This document shows positions 37,701 through 50,805 of a DNA stretch of 64,000 bases, piece after piece. The first letter of the stretch is position 1, and each line of letters opens with the position of its first letter. Both the position numbers and the translations under genes were made by a program. The stretch is taken from contig JAGIQG010000007.1 in NCBI GenBank assembly GCA_024679065.1, forward strand, positions 98,332,001 through 98,396,000, read 5' to 3'. The DNA is from Sphyrna mokarran (Eukaryota). The notes beneath the pieces were generated by a model, which saw nothing but the letters and a program-made list of their open reading frames with translations, did not search any database and was not told the origin of the DNA.

Positions 37701-39329
37701 CTAAGGGGGAAAAATCCAATATTAAGTGCAATACAAATATAAGTGAAAGTATTTTTACCCATGAAAGTCTAGAAAACAATAACCTTTTCCAAGAAATAGT
37801 CCTGACTTTAAGTGAGTTCCTACATTTCTCCCACTTTCAACTGTCGCAATATTTAACAGTTTAGATATATGACAGAACCTCAAGCATTGTAAGCAACTCA
37901 AAAAGGAAATTATACATTTCCTCTAAGATACGCTGTGGGCTTCTGCACAACAATCTGGGATGCAGAGCATTGGAATATAATAAGCCACTCAGAACTTTCA
38001 TCAGCTCATCGAATTTCTAGCATATTTGCTAATTGTGACATTCAAATGTAAACTATCAGAGAAAAGGTGCACTGAACAGTTTGCATCCTGATCAGAAGGA
38101 AGAAAATATAGAGGAAAAAAAACTACTCATATCAACTTTACATAAAATACAGGTTGTAGAAATTACCATTCAAAGCTTGGTTTTGAAGTAAACAAACTAG
38201 TGGGGGTATTCCATTATGCATGGAGCATTTCAATATTGCACTTAATCACAATGCATCCAAATTGCCAATCTCTTCCGATTATTCCCTCAACACTCCTTCC
38301 TACTTTCCAAACGTGCTTAAAATGTTCCTTTGAGCAGTTTAAACAATGGCAGGTGCACAGCAGTGGGTCAAGTGAGCAAAATCGTGCCAAATACACCACA
38401 ATGACAAAGCAACACCTTCTCAACAATGATCTAAATTTCCATCTTAAGTCAGTCAATATAATAATGAGTACATTACCAGTACTTCAAAGGAATTCATTTT
38501 ACCACAACTTAAATTTTCAACTGCAGCTTAAAAAATCCATATGATAGTAGCATTTTATTAAATCTATTTACTTAGCATTTAGAATGTTGAGTTTGGATTC
38601 TCTTTTGGCCGAATGAGTCCAGGACTAATGGAGTTACATGACTCGCACATTTACGCTCCATTAATCCAAATGGTACATCGCAACTGTGTGACTGGCAATG
38701 TACTGAAACTGTTGAGTTTTGTTCCTTCCAACAATAATAATTTTGGCCTCTTCCAGGTCACACATGTATCTTCATCAGTTTAGACTAAAGACTTCTTTTT
38801 AAGGCCAAAGGTTGCCTTCATAATATTTTTCTTCTTGAAAACCTAGAACACAACGTTCAGCTCTAATCATCAAACACATGATACAAAGGAATGGGAATTA
38901 CATTTGCTTTTGGTCTCCACTGTGTTCCTGGCTTTCCAGTTACCTCCATCCCATTTCAGCCTCCTGATAATCGCTTCATACTCCTCCACTCAGGTCAGCC
39001 TCAAATACTCTGCACTTCACCATCCCCAATCCTTGCAAGTATGACAGATTCATTCATTCATTAGTTCAAAACATTTCACATATTTCATTCCCAGATGTTA
39101 CCATATCTATAACCTTGTCAGAAAGACTCAAGCAGGAATATCAAAATACATAAGCAGAAAGTCTTGAAGTGTCATAACTGTTAGAAAGGTCCAGTTAAAC
39201 CTACCATTGCACCATATTAGTGCAGGAGTCTGCACATATCAACTCAGTGTCTGTAAATTAGTACCACTCCAAGTTACCATATGCAGCCCAAGACTTCATA
39301 GATTTCTATATATTTTGCCCCATAGTCAC

Positions 39330-41140
39330 TGTCAAAGCTTAGTGGGGGTTACAATTTTGTGCTTTGCTCAAGCTCATTGGAGATAAAGATTGGAGCACAG
39401 TTTACTTAAGACATCCAAGTTCCTCCATATCAAATTTTTCTACAGCAACGTTTTTTCAAACTTTTCTCCTGAGACTCACTTATCAACTGGCTGACCTTCA
39501 GGACCCACGTCATGTTTACCTTCCTTTAATGCTCCTCATAATCTCACTCCAATCAGGTTCACAGGATGAGAGGGCAACACGGATATCAAGTGTAGAATTC
39601 TGCCAGCTCCCTGGTACTGTCTTCATCTTTGAGAATGGAAAATCCCACTTCACACTTGCAGATCATTATGAAAGGTACTAACAAGATACTTGTTTTACTC
39701 AGCACTGGATATTTCTGGGAGATACTAATCCAGCACGATGACAACCTCATCGACTCATGGCAGGTTGTTAAACGTGCTATCACAGTCAGGTGCAGCAGCT
39801 TAGTTAACTTTGGCTAACTCTAAATGAGACTAAGTCTGAGCTATCAAACTCTTCTCTATGAGAACCTGAAACTTCTTCACTTGAACATTGGATCACAGAT
39901 TTTATTCCTATGCAACAGAGCAGTTTGTCAGTCTTTTGACAGTTCCCTAACTGCTTTCTTTGACATTTGTTAACAGGGTGGGGAACATTAGATAGTTTGG
40001 TTTTTTACTCACACTTGCCAAACTTTCAATTTCTTTTGGAAAGCATCTATTTGTTTCCAGTGCCAAAAACAATCATACTTTCCTTACAATTTTACGTTCA
40101 GTTGACTCAAAATTGAAAGGACTTCTGCAATGTAAGACATAGCATCCAACATCCAAACAGATCAGCCAGAGGGAACGATTTTTCAATACCCATTTTGTAA
40201 ATTCTGCCAAACATCCAATTCCTTGACAACTAAATGTATCTCTGTGTGGAACAAATGACTGCGCTCAGTTTCCATTTCAGAGCAGAGACTCCAAAAACTT
40301 GGCACCAAGTGGGCTGCGTTTAATGAAATCCACGACTTTCACAATTCCTTTCAACACTGTTTCAATATTGGATGGAATGCATTTCAATGCCAATGCCTTC
40401 TGATGAATGAAGCAAAGATCCAGACAATGTCATGATCAGCTGCTTCCTTAATCCTATTATAACTTAACTGTTTTCAAGTCTCATTGACTTCCATCGTTTG
40501 TGATTTCTCTGTAAATAACCCAGTCAAGCCCGTAATTTCCAACGATATTAACTATTCAATGCTTCAAAGATCTGTGCACCAATTGTGTTTGTTGGTAATG
40601 TCAAACAGCACAGCATGTCCTCAAAAAAATTCATTTTGCCAAACCTATTTAATGTAAATGAGCAAGGTTGCACAATCTGTAATGTCTGTACTTACATCCA
40701 ACTGTACTGAGAGACTCCTGTGCTGACTTTCAATGAGAAATAAACTGTAATTCTAAATTCTCAGCAATATCAGCAACATGGTAAGGCACTTATCACTAAA
40801 TGGGATATATTCCAATTTTTCTGCTGACTTCATCTAAAACCATGCGAGCCATATCTAATGCTGAGGAGAATTCATCTCTCTGCAACAGTATGGGGCATTC
40901 TCTCTCAAACTACATGGTAAGCTAACATGTAAAAAGGCTCATTATGCTTTGTTGTTCAACATTGAATTTCTTCGAAGAATTGGAGTTGATGATTTAGTTT
41001 TTGCTGCATTTGAAAAAATTCCTAGATTTCTTAGTCTTCAGATGTCTTTGGCATTCTGATGGTTTTAAACTCTCATACAGTAGTATTTCCTGACATACAA
41101 TAGGCTTTGTATCTTGGCACAATTAACAAACCCATACCTC
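39330..41140 (-). mobile_element. Degenerate hAT (Buster/Charlie-type) transposase
   Basis: Minus-strand pieces RYGFVNC, ESLKPSECQRHLKTK, SVQLDVSTDITDCATLLIYI, EDMLCCLTLPTNTIGAQIFEALN and CFIHQKALALKCIPSNIETVLKGIVKVVDFIK correspond to the BED finger, first catalytic D and C(2)H motif; many stops and frameshifts. Confidence 0.85.
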
Positions 41141-42496
41141 AAAAAATCTTCTTTACACTGCTTTTGCTCCTGATTTGTTGTTTCTTTGCAGACTGCTCAC
41201 CAAAGGCCCTGGCATTCTCCACAGAGCCAACAATCACACTGTTCTGTCGTAGTATTACAGCCTCTCCATAGGAGCTCTCTCCAGCAGAATTCAGTGTTGA
41301 GATCCTGGCCTGTAGGTACACTGCCCATTTGAGTCTCGCTGTCTCTTTGTTGTCACAAAACAACCCACGCTTCTTGTTTAGCTCAAGTGAAATAAGCTTG
41401 CTTCCAAGTGAATTTGCAGCAAAAGTACATACAAGACCGTTGGCGCTGAGTGTCCATCCAAGGTGTGCTGACCTGATTGTTGTTGCCTCATAGTTGGAGA
41501 CTTTTAAGATGTTTAATTCAACTTAATGCACAGAAGTTAGATCCTCCAGCCAGAAGATGTGATAAAATATCATTCTTCTGATTCAGATTCACAGCCAATG
41601 GTCTCAGTGATTCACTCTATCCCCCATATGGCTCTTAAACATAATTTTCAATGGGAGTAAAAAAATTGAAGCAATGATGTTTGGCCACATTTGGACGAGC
41701 ATGCAGTTCTTGGCACCCAAGTCTGACCATCTTTGAGGAACACCACCATGACTCTTTTTACACCCAGCTGCAAATCACCCATGGATCATGGCCACCACTT
41801 TAAAAAGCCTGATCTAGGGAGTCAGACATGTATTCATGTATGCCAGTGCTAAAGAATGGACACATCGAACGATAGATGCTGAAGTCTCTGGTCAGGATGC
41901 ATCTTGGCTTTAATGTAAACACACCACATAAGTTGCTGACAATGCAATATTGCAGACAAATCATAGCAGTTAAAGTGAAACCAAAATGATAAACTTCTGC
42001 AGTATCAATACTCAAGTTTGCCTTTGAAAATTGCTTGTGCATAAAATAAACATGCTTCACGGTCTTTCCATGTAACAACTGGAGGACAACCATGCAAAAT
42101 ATTAAGTATGTGGACTGATGAAGAAGAAACTTCACCCATTTGTCTTTATATTCACCCTGGTTCACAATAACAATACAAATATCTCCTTTATAACAATATG
42201 AACATACAGAAATATTATCTACTCAATTGGACTTTATCTTTTCACTATTATTGTACATTACTCAATTTCAATTCTGGGATTTATAACAATTATCGATTAA
42301 AACCAAATACATCAAGCATGCTCCAAGGAGCAAATGGACCGTAAACAATTTTTTCGGGAAGTGGGCTGCTGGAGAATATAACTGGGGTCATTTCCATGTA
42401 GCTCTAGTTTAGAGAGCAGGTTGCAGTTTTATGACATTTGAAGTCATTATCATTTCATAATGCAAAGATCACATCATTTATATCACCCATACTGAC

Positions 42497-42628
42497 CTTC
42501 AAATCTGGAATTGCAAACTTGAAGTTGGTGGAGAGATGGTTGTTCCTTGTGGTTGTAGCATTTAATTTGTCCCATGTCTGTTGACATGTCTTTTCCCCGG
42601 GAGCAGATATTAACCAAAATTCTGTCAT
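42497..42628 (-). CDS. ATP6V1C1: V-type proton ATPase subunit C1, exon 2 coding part (whole exon 42497-42664 including 36 nt of 5' UTR)
   Basis: Reverse complement reads [44 protein letters not shown] (132 nt), matching the vertebrate C1 N-terminus rather than C2 ([13 protein letters not shown]). Donor gtcagt at 42496; acceptor ttcag at 42665. Confidence 0.97.
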
Positions 42629-45600
42629 CCTCAGTAAGTAAATCTCTTGCAGTCAACCGATATACTGAAATAAGACAATGAAGCCAAGTTAATGTAATAG
42701 TATCTCAAGGCTTTGCCTTTTTGGATCATCTGTGCAAAGTTAAACATAATTCATAAGACCAGGACAACATTGTATAAATGTATTCACAACTGCAGGAATC
42801 AAGATTGAACATCAACACTCACCCCCACTCCCCTCAAATTAAAGACCGTAAAGAAAATAAGACTTTGATATTTAAGTAAATTATTGTGGAAAACAAAAAA
42901 AAAAAAAACAGATAATGCTGGAAAATCTCAGAAGGTCAGATAACATCAATGGACAGAGTAGAACCAGTACCGAGAGTCTGAAAGACTCTTCGTCATGTCC
43001 TCAGGTCATTCCAAAGGTTTCCCAACCAAGGAACTCACCGGGATCTTTTAAAAGACTTCTGGATGAGTACATGGGATTTAATGGGATTGGGAGTTACAGA
43101 TAGTTCTATGACCTGGTAGGTATGATATGATCGGCACAACTTGTGAACCGAAGGGCCTGTTTGTGCTATAGTGTTCTATGTTCAATGAATGATCACTTTT
43201 ATAACATCAACAAATACAGCAGCACACAGCAAGGTCCTACAAATAACCAGATAACCTGATATTGGAGGAGATAAATATTGGTTGCTACACGAAAAATTCC
43301 CCTTGCTCTTCTTTGAATAGTGCTACAACAACAAAAGGATTGATATATTGCTGTTTAATATTTCATCCAAGAGAACTCAACTTGCTCAACTATTCAATTA
43401 AATAACTCAAGTTGCAAACGAAAAAGAGTATGCCTCAGGATCTGTTTAAGAGCTGCTTGATTACAAGGACTATAGAAGGACATAACTAGGAGCAGGAGTA
43501 AGCAATTTCTTCCCCTGAGCCTGTTCCGCCATTCATCACGATCATGGTTGATTGCGTTTTGGCCTCAACTCCACTTTCCTGTTCAGTCTTCATTACCTTT
43601 CAACCTAATACGAATTAAAAATCTATCTCCTCAAATTTACTCAAAGCCCCAGCTTCCACCAAATAGCTCACAGGGAACAGGAGGTGCTGTACTTAAATGT
43701 TTTCACTGTGAATGCCCTGTTTGGCCCCATCTCTTTTAGTATTATCTAATTTAATGTATCAAATACTTGTTACATTCAAACTATCACACCAAACTGCGCC
43801 TTGCACTGAATAGCTCACTTGAAATTTAATTTTAAAAATGACTATGTAGTTGTGCATTCAAGTGTCAGCCCAAGATAAGATCAAATTCAAAGCATGTAGG
43901 TTGACATAATTAAAAGATCAGAATGCTGCAGAGTCATAGCAACACCTGATCAAGATTCAAACATTCTATTCAACAGCTACAATAACTAGCAAAACAACTA
44001 TCACGGAACTTTATCCTTTAACTATAGAAGTCATTTATATAAATATAATTAAACTTCCCACTTCATGATGCTGAACCATGATCCAACGAAGAAACAGAAG
44101 TTCGTCCAAATGAAGATAGGTATGAGCAGTAAAGGTTGAGACTTTCATTTATGCCCAAAACTTTACTAAATTTGAAAAAAATCACAGTGCATCTTTTGAG
44201 AATAGTGTTTTACAGTTCCATTCAAATGAACTACAAATTTACTGCTAATGCCAAATGTTATACTTACTTTTGTAGTAAAATGATGTCAAAAGTTGAAAGA
44301 CAAAAAACCCTTCTACACCAATTCAAATACGAGTAAGAAAACCACTTCAAAAGATCCAGTTAAAGAACTGATTTTTACGTGACGTGATTTCTAAATATTT
44401 GTATTGCACTTTAATTACATAATGACCTTGTGATTTACATTCAAAATGCTATTTTTGTTCAACATTACATTTCTACTTCATCAGGACATTTTAAATAAAA
44501 TAATAATTAGAGAAAGATAAACGGTCACAACAGGTGTCGTAACCTACATTAAACTACACAGTCCCTGGTAGTTTCAATTGGTCTCATAAGAGACTTAGTG
44601 CTTATAAAGTTGTACAGCAGTGTTCATTGCTAATACAAAACAAACATCTCCATGGCACAGCCCTGTTGTGCTTGCCATCATCATGCCAACTTCTCTCAGA
44701 CTCTCTACACAAATTCCTGTCACGTGTCTCTACACCATACTGTAGGCAATACTGTTTTCAAGTAGCACATAAACCCTTTTACATTACACCTCCCAACATA
44801 TTTACAGTACAATCTTCCACATGCTACTTTCTACAGGGCTTCCCCCATCCTAGGTCTCTGATATAAATTATGATTTAGAAACCTAAGTTTCCCAGATCTC
44901 ATTCGGGTCACACTTGGAAGAGTTCAATTGCTTTGGGTATAAATCATTGGCTCGGAATTAAAATCATAATATTTGGTGTTTCTGGTACTTATACCCCCAT
45001 CCGGTTCACTTTTTGCATTCCTTTGTGACAAATGTCCTTTTATCATAGTCAACCCCAGAAAATGCCAGAAGACCTATCATTTGCTTATCCCATTTCTTCA
45101 AAGGGAAAATGTTCAGTGTTCATTCATTCTGCTGTTCAAGGCCATCTTCATCACTTCATGCTGTTATCTACTCCTTTCACAATTGATCTCAAAAGACAAC
45201 GACCTGTTTATTTTCTTGTCCACCTCATGCCATCTCACTGATTCAGTGCATTGCTTTATTACTACTGAAAGTTCTATCGCAGCTTTTTCTGAACTAGTAT
45301 TTAGCATTGTTTTGTTTTATGCTTTTCCAGAACCACGTTTAGAGTCTTCAAAGACTCTTCCAAGGCAGAAATTTCTTTGAATACATTTTCTGCCTACTGT
45401 TTTGTATGACTACTTCTGGTTGAATTCTTCCAATCCCCTTTTCAATTTGCCCTCAATGGAATTAAAAATTTTTATTTCTTTCTTGTGTTCTTGTCAAAAT
45501 ACATACTGAGTCTGCACATGATTCAGATTGACAATTAAACTTTTCTCCTTTCAAAATTTCCTTGTGCCTTTGTGACAGCTCAGTTTATTCACAGCTTCAA

Positions 45601-48139
45601 CAGTTTGGTTAATTGAAGACATCAGTTAATCAGGTACATTGCCTGAATCTGCTGCTTCAAGTCCTCCAATTCCAATTTAATGCATGCCCTGTGGCACTTT
45701 CATTTTTTTCAAGTTTTATTGTTTTGGGGTTACATCAAATAACTTCTCTTGATTCACAGCCATCTGCTTACTCCACACTGCAGACTGCTCTTGCTGAATA
45801 GGTAATATCAGCATTTTCAAAAAGTTCTATTCTGAAGCTTTCTGGCTGCTTCACGGGCTCTTGGCACGTCCCAAAGATAAACTGTGTAAACCAAACTATT
45901 TTATTTGCTCATTTTAAAATAGACTTCGCTGGATCAAAATATGGCTGTTACATTCACACGATTCACTGGATAGGCCATAGTTCCTGGAAATTTTCAACAG
46001 CAGTTACAAGGACACAAGAGTTCCACCCTTGTCCTTACGGAATCTCTCACTTCATTGGAAGAACACATTTTAATCCACAAAATCTCCCCACCTGGTCAAA
46101 GCAAAAGCCATTGAAACTCATTATACCTTCACAGTACTAAATAAACATCACCTTCTATCTTCTAAGGCAAACAATGGATTGTGGCCAGGAGGACAGAAAC
46201 TGCTCATTAAGCTGCAATTAACTCATTAACAGGCACATTACATTAACCAAGCTTCAAGTTGTCAGATTGCGTTTACATTTTACATTACAAATCTAGCCTC
46301 AAAAGAAGGTCTGTTGATTTAATTCCAATCTGCAAACATCAAAAAACAGGACTCCAGGCTGACAAAGCCTGGGTCTCTTCAAAGATTGTTAATGTGTAAG
46401 CCATTGGTCATTACCTGTCTAGCAAAGCAAGTTGCTGAATATCAACTTCACCTCACTATACTACGGTCATTTTTAAAATAATTTTGTAACACTTTCTTCA
46501 GCTAGGAACCTGCCCAAACTGGAACTCCTCCATCAAGGAAACCTCTCCAGATTTGAACTTTGTAGACTCTGGAAACATGAACTGGTATCTATTTCTACAG
46601 TTCTTTTTATTGTTATGTCATTCATAGTTGTAAATCTGCCATTCCCCCGTGGAGACAGAGTGACAATGATCGAGTTTGTGCATGTGTGGGTGAGGAGTTA
46701 GAATGTGTAAATAAACTTATGATCCTAAAACAACTTGATCCAAGCTACTTTAAAAATTGAATAAAAATGATTTTTGAAGTAGGTAGCCCATTTTTAAAAA
46801 CAAAAAATTACGCAAATGGCAAGAGAATAAGGAGTTCAGTTTTGCACCTCTCTTCTGTCAGTAAAACTCTTTCACTGCATTAAATTCTGCAGCTCATGCA
46901 CTTCATTGCATTGCCATGGTCTGTGATTTGCCTGGGTACTGTCCTTTGTCGCCTTATTTAGAGTACTCTCTCCCTGTTTTTAATCTTTGCACTCCCATCA
47001 CTTGAAAATTGAAATTTTCTCAGAGGCTTTAGTACCTCAAACTGAGGATTCATCAATGCCTTGCATGAGTACTATTTAATTGGAAACTTCATCAAATAAG
47101 TATAAAAACATGTTAACTTGGCCTTCCTCTATTTCCTACCTAATCTTGATGTATTCTCCACAATGTCAACGTTGCATGCAATTTGGCCCCATGCATCATG
47201 CTGAACAGACTTGGTGGTGCTGATTTATTATGAATGGCTGCTTTTCAACTCAGGGGAGTACTAGTGTATTAGGGTGTTTCATTTCTGAAAATAGTATGTA
47301 GTAACTATTTTTTCATAGGTTTTGGTGGTCTCCTATGGCATTCATGGACTGGACCTCAAAGAGATCAAGTTATCTCTCATTAAATCACCCTTGCACTACA
47401 CAGATGGCTCAGCATTAACAAAAGCAATACAAGACAAAAGGTTTGGAGTCAATTGTAAATTAGTGCAAGTTAGCTGTTATCAATTAGACTGGCAACATAA
47501 ATCTTCAAATTGGCCTTAACATTCAGGCAAGAAAAGGAGGAATCAACCAAGATTTCCAAATCTGCTTTTCGGTGTTGCTGTTAGGTGAAAGTAAGACTGG
47601 GATCAGCTGTTGTCTAAACAATTACCATGCAGATTTAAATGGCAAGAAAGATAATGTTTGTTGCCAGCATATCTGGAATCATGATGCAATGAGAATCAAT
47701 TCATTCAAAATGACTGCATAGAAAATAGGAGTGTAAAAGTGCATGATAACTGCACACTAATTCCAACTATGACTAGGTCACCCTGAGATGACAACTAATT
47801 AGTCCTTGGAAATTATATGTACACTTCTCTCAAGAGAAACAGAGAAAAGAATATCCACTTCTTTTCCATATGTTGATAAATTTGGGATAGAGAATCTGCA
47901 TGCACAATTCCAGGAATGAGTCACAACAAATTTTCTTTTGAAAGAAAATCAGGTTAAGGCAGCTTGAAATGAGGATTAACAAATCACATGCATGTTATAG
48001 CAAGACCAAATTCTCAATCTCCATATTTTCACTTCTTTAAAAATATCTAAGACTTCCAGCAACTTCCTGATCGTCAGTTCACCAAAGTCCTGTGCTGATT
48101 TTGTTTCTTCTGCCCTCTTGCTCACAGGGGAACTGAACA

Positions 48140-48385
48140 AAGGGCAGCACAATGGTGAGCACTGTTGCCTCGCAGTACCTGGCTTGGGTCACTGTCTGTG
48201 TGGAGTTCGCACATTCTCTGCAACTGTGAGAGCTTCCTCTGGGTGATCCAGTTTCTTCCCACAATCCAAAAATTAGGTGCATTGACCCAAACAGGCGCCT
48301 GAGTGTGACAACTGGGGAAATTTCACAGTAACTTCATGCAGTGTTAATGTAAGCCTACTTGTGACTAACAAAATAAACTTTTAAA
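48140..48385 (+). mobile_element. V-SINE subfamily with a non-CR1 tail
   Basis: Head gggcagcacaatggtgagcactgttgcctc, V-domain, and tail ttcacagtaacttcatgcagtgttaatgtaagcctacttgtgact. Confidence 0.8.
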
Positions 48386-48989
48386 CTTTAAATTTAAAAT
48401 TGTGAAGAAATTTATCTTCTCCTTACTCACACATTACACTCATGTCTCCTTAATCAGATATTATTCTTTAGGCATTAACTCCTTGCAAAAACAAAACCTA
48501 AAACTCAACTAATAAGATAAAACACTAATTTCCACTGACTGATGAAATTTAACACTTAATTTGAATTCAACTTGATCCTAAAGTACCGCAGCAGATAAAT
48601 TTCTAAATCTTTTCATTCAAGTCTTGTTGGAAAGAGCAAATTAATTCACTGAAGCATTTTTATATCATGGATTAGTGCCTCAAGAACCATTGTGCAATCA
48701 AGCCTAGGTTTAGGAATAACATTGACAAGTACGCACATGGTCTATCTTATTATAAGCCCAAAGACATCTTTAATGCTGCTAAAATTGACCTTAATAAGCT
48801 GCACACAAGCCAAATATTGATTTTATTTCAAGTCCACAGGAACAGAAGGAGGGGAGAGATAACTAAGCAGAAAATTTCCACTGTGGTTTACACCAGCAAG
48901 CTTGTTGAGAAAACACAGCTGCTGACTCGTAAATCTCAATGTTTTCCAGGTGTTGTACCTCTGCCTATAACCTACAAAAATGAAAAGAC

Positions 48990-50100
48990 AATAGGTTATT
49001 TCTTGAAAAGAGACATTAATATTTTGCCATTCATCTTAGTTCTTGGCCATTCCACCCATGATTGTTAATGACTGTTTCTCTCCAACTCTGTCTAGTCTCC
49101 TCATGACTATGCACCTCTACAAATCTTCTCCATTGAGGATAGATGAGCCTCTCATCTATTCACAAAACTGAAGTTCCTCATCCACGGAACCAGTCTCTAA
49201 ATCTTCTCTGTGTCCTCTCTGAAGTCTTCATATGCTATGATACCTAGAATTCACACAATTAGGACAACTGAGGACAAAGTGTTCCATAAAAGATTCACCA
49301 ACACTTCCTATAAATTATGCTTTCATTTATAAAACTCAGATCGCAAATGCTTTATTGACCATTTTCTCAACCTGTCTCACCACATTCAATAATTTGTGCA
49401 TGTACAGCAGCAAACCTCTATTCCTGCGTCACTTTAGAACTGTAGCCTTGACTCTTTGCATTACCTCTCCTTGTTTTCCCTATCAAAATTTGTCTGCAGT
49501 AAATTTCATATGTGCTTGTCCACACATTCCATCAACTTGCTTGTCCTTGACATCTTCATATCCCCCTCACATTTCACAATACTTCCAAACTGTGTCTCAT
49601 CCACAAACTTTGAAATTATGTTCTACACATTCTCATGTCTGAGACATTAATACAGATTAAGAAAATTAAAGGTGCTGGGAAATCCCGCTGTTGAACCTTT
49701 TCCATTCTTGTCTATAGTCTGAGAAACAACCATTCACCAGTTGTATTTGCTGCCACTCAGCCAACCTCATATCCATGCTGTCACATTGCCTTTTATTCCA
49801 TGAGCTACAAATTTGTTGGCAAATTTGCTGCCTGCATTTATCAATTGCCTTTGAGAAATCCATACATCAAATGCATTAATTTCATCAAAAAATGTAATTT
49901 GCTTATTTAAACAATTTCAACAAATCAGTTTTCCTTGATTAATTCATATTTGTCTCAGCGACTGTTACTTTGTCCAGAGACAATCATTTCTAAAAGTTTT
50001 CCCATCAAGGTTAATGTGATAAACTGATTTGTGAATTATTGGGTTTATCCTTGCATCCCTTTTTGAACAAGGGTGGTACATTTTTATAATCTCTCCCTCC
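48990..50100 (-). mobile_element. Old CR1 RT fragment
   Basis: ORF 49666-49863 reads MDFSKAIDK...NGCFSD. Confidence 0.7.
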
Positions 50101-50104
50101 ATGT

Positions 50105-50805
50105 CAACAAAATGGAGGTTGTCATCGTAAAGAAGAACATGCTCCTGTCTATACAATGGGAATGAAGTGGAAATGGTCAAAAGCTTCAAGTTTTAGGTGT
50201 CCAGGTCAGGAACCACTTGTCCTGGTCCCCCATGCTGACATTATAGTTAAGAAAGTTCACCAATGCCTCTACTTTCTCAGAAGACTAAGGAAATTTGGCA
50301 TGCCAGCTACAATTCTCACCAGCTTTTACAGATGCACCATAGAAAGCATTCTTTCTGGTTTATCACAGCTTGGTGTGATTCCTGCTCTATCCAAGGCAGC
50401 AAGGAACTACAAAAGGTTGTGAACGTAGCCCAATCCATCACACAAACAAGCCTCCTATCTGCTGATTCTGTCTGCACTTCCAACTGCCTTGGCAAAGCAG
50501 CCAGCATAACTAAAGACCCTACACACCCAAGACGTTCTCTCTTCCCCCTTCTCCCTTAGCGAGAAAGGATATCAAAGTCTGAGGTCACGTACCAACCAAT
50601 TCAAGAACAGCTTCTTCCCGCTGCTGTCAGACTTTTAAATGGACCTACCTTGCATTAAGTTGATCTTTCTCTACACTCCTGCTGTATCTATAAAACATTC
50701 TGCACTCTCATTTCCTTCTCTTTGAATGGTATGTTTTGTCTGTATACCACGCAACAATACTTTTCACTGCATACTAATGCTTGTGACAATAATAAACCAA
50801 ATCAA
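50105..50805 (+). mobile_element. Rex1/Babar-type LINE 3' fragment
   Basis: KKVHQCLYFLRRLRKFGMPATILTSFYRCTIESILSG and KAASITKDPTHP; tail gacaataataaaccaaatcaaa. Related pieces at 33810-34190 and 54040-54780. Confidence 0.85.

Noticed and set aside
3751-42628. Assignment as ATP6V1C2
   Set aside because: Diagnostic residues ([37 protein letters not shown]) match C1.
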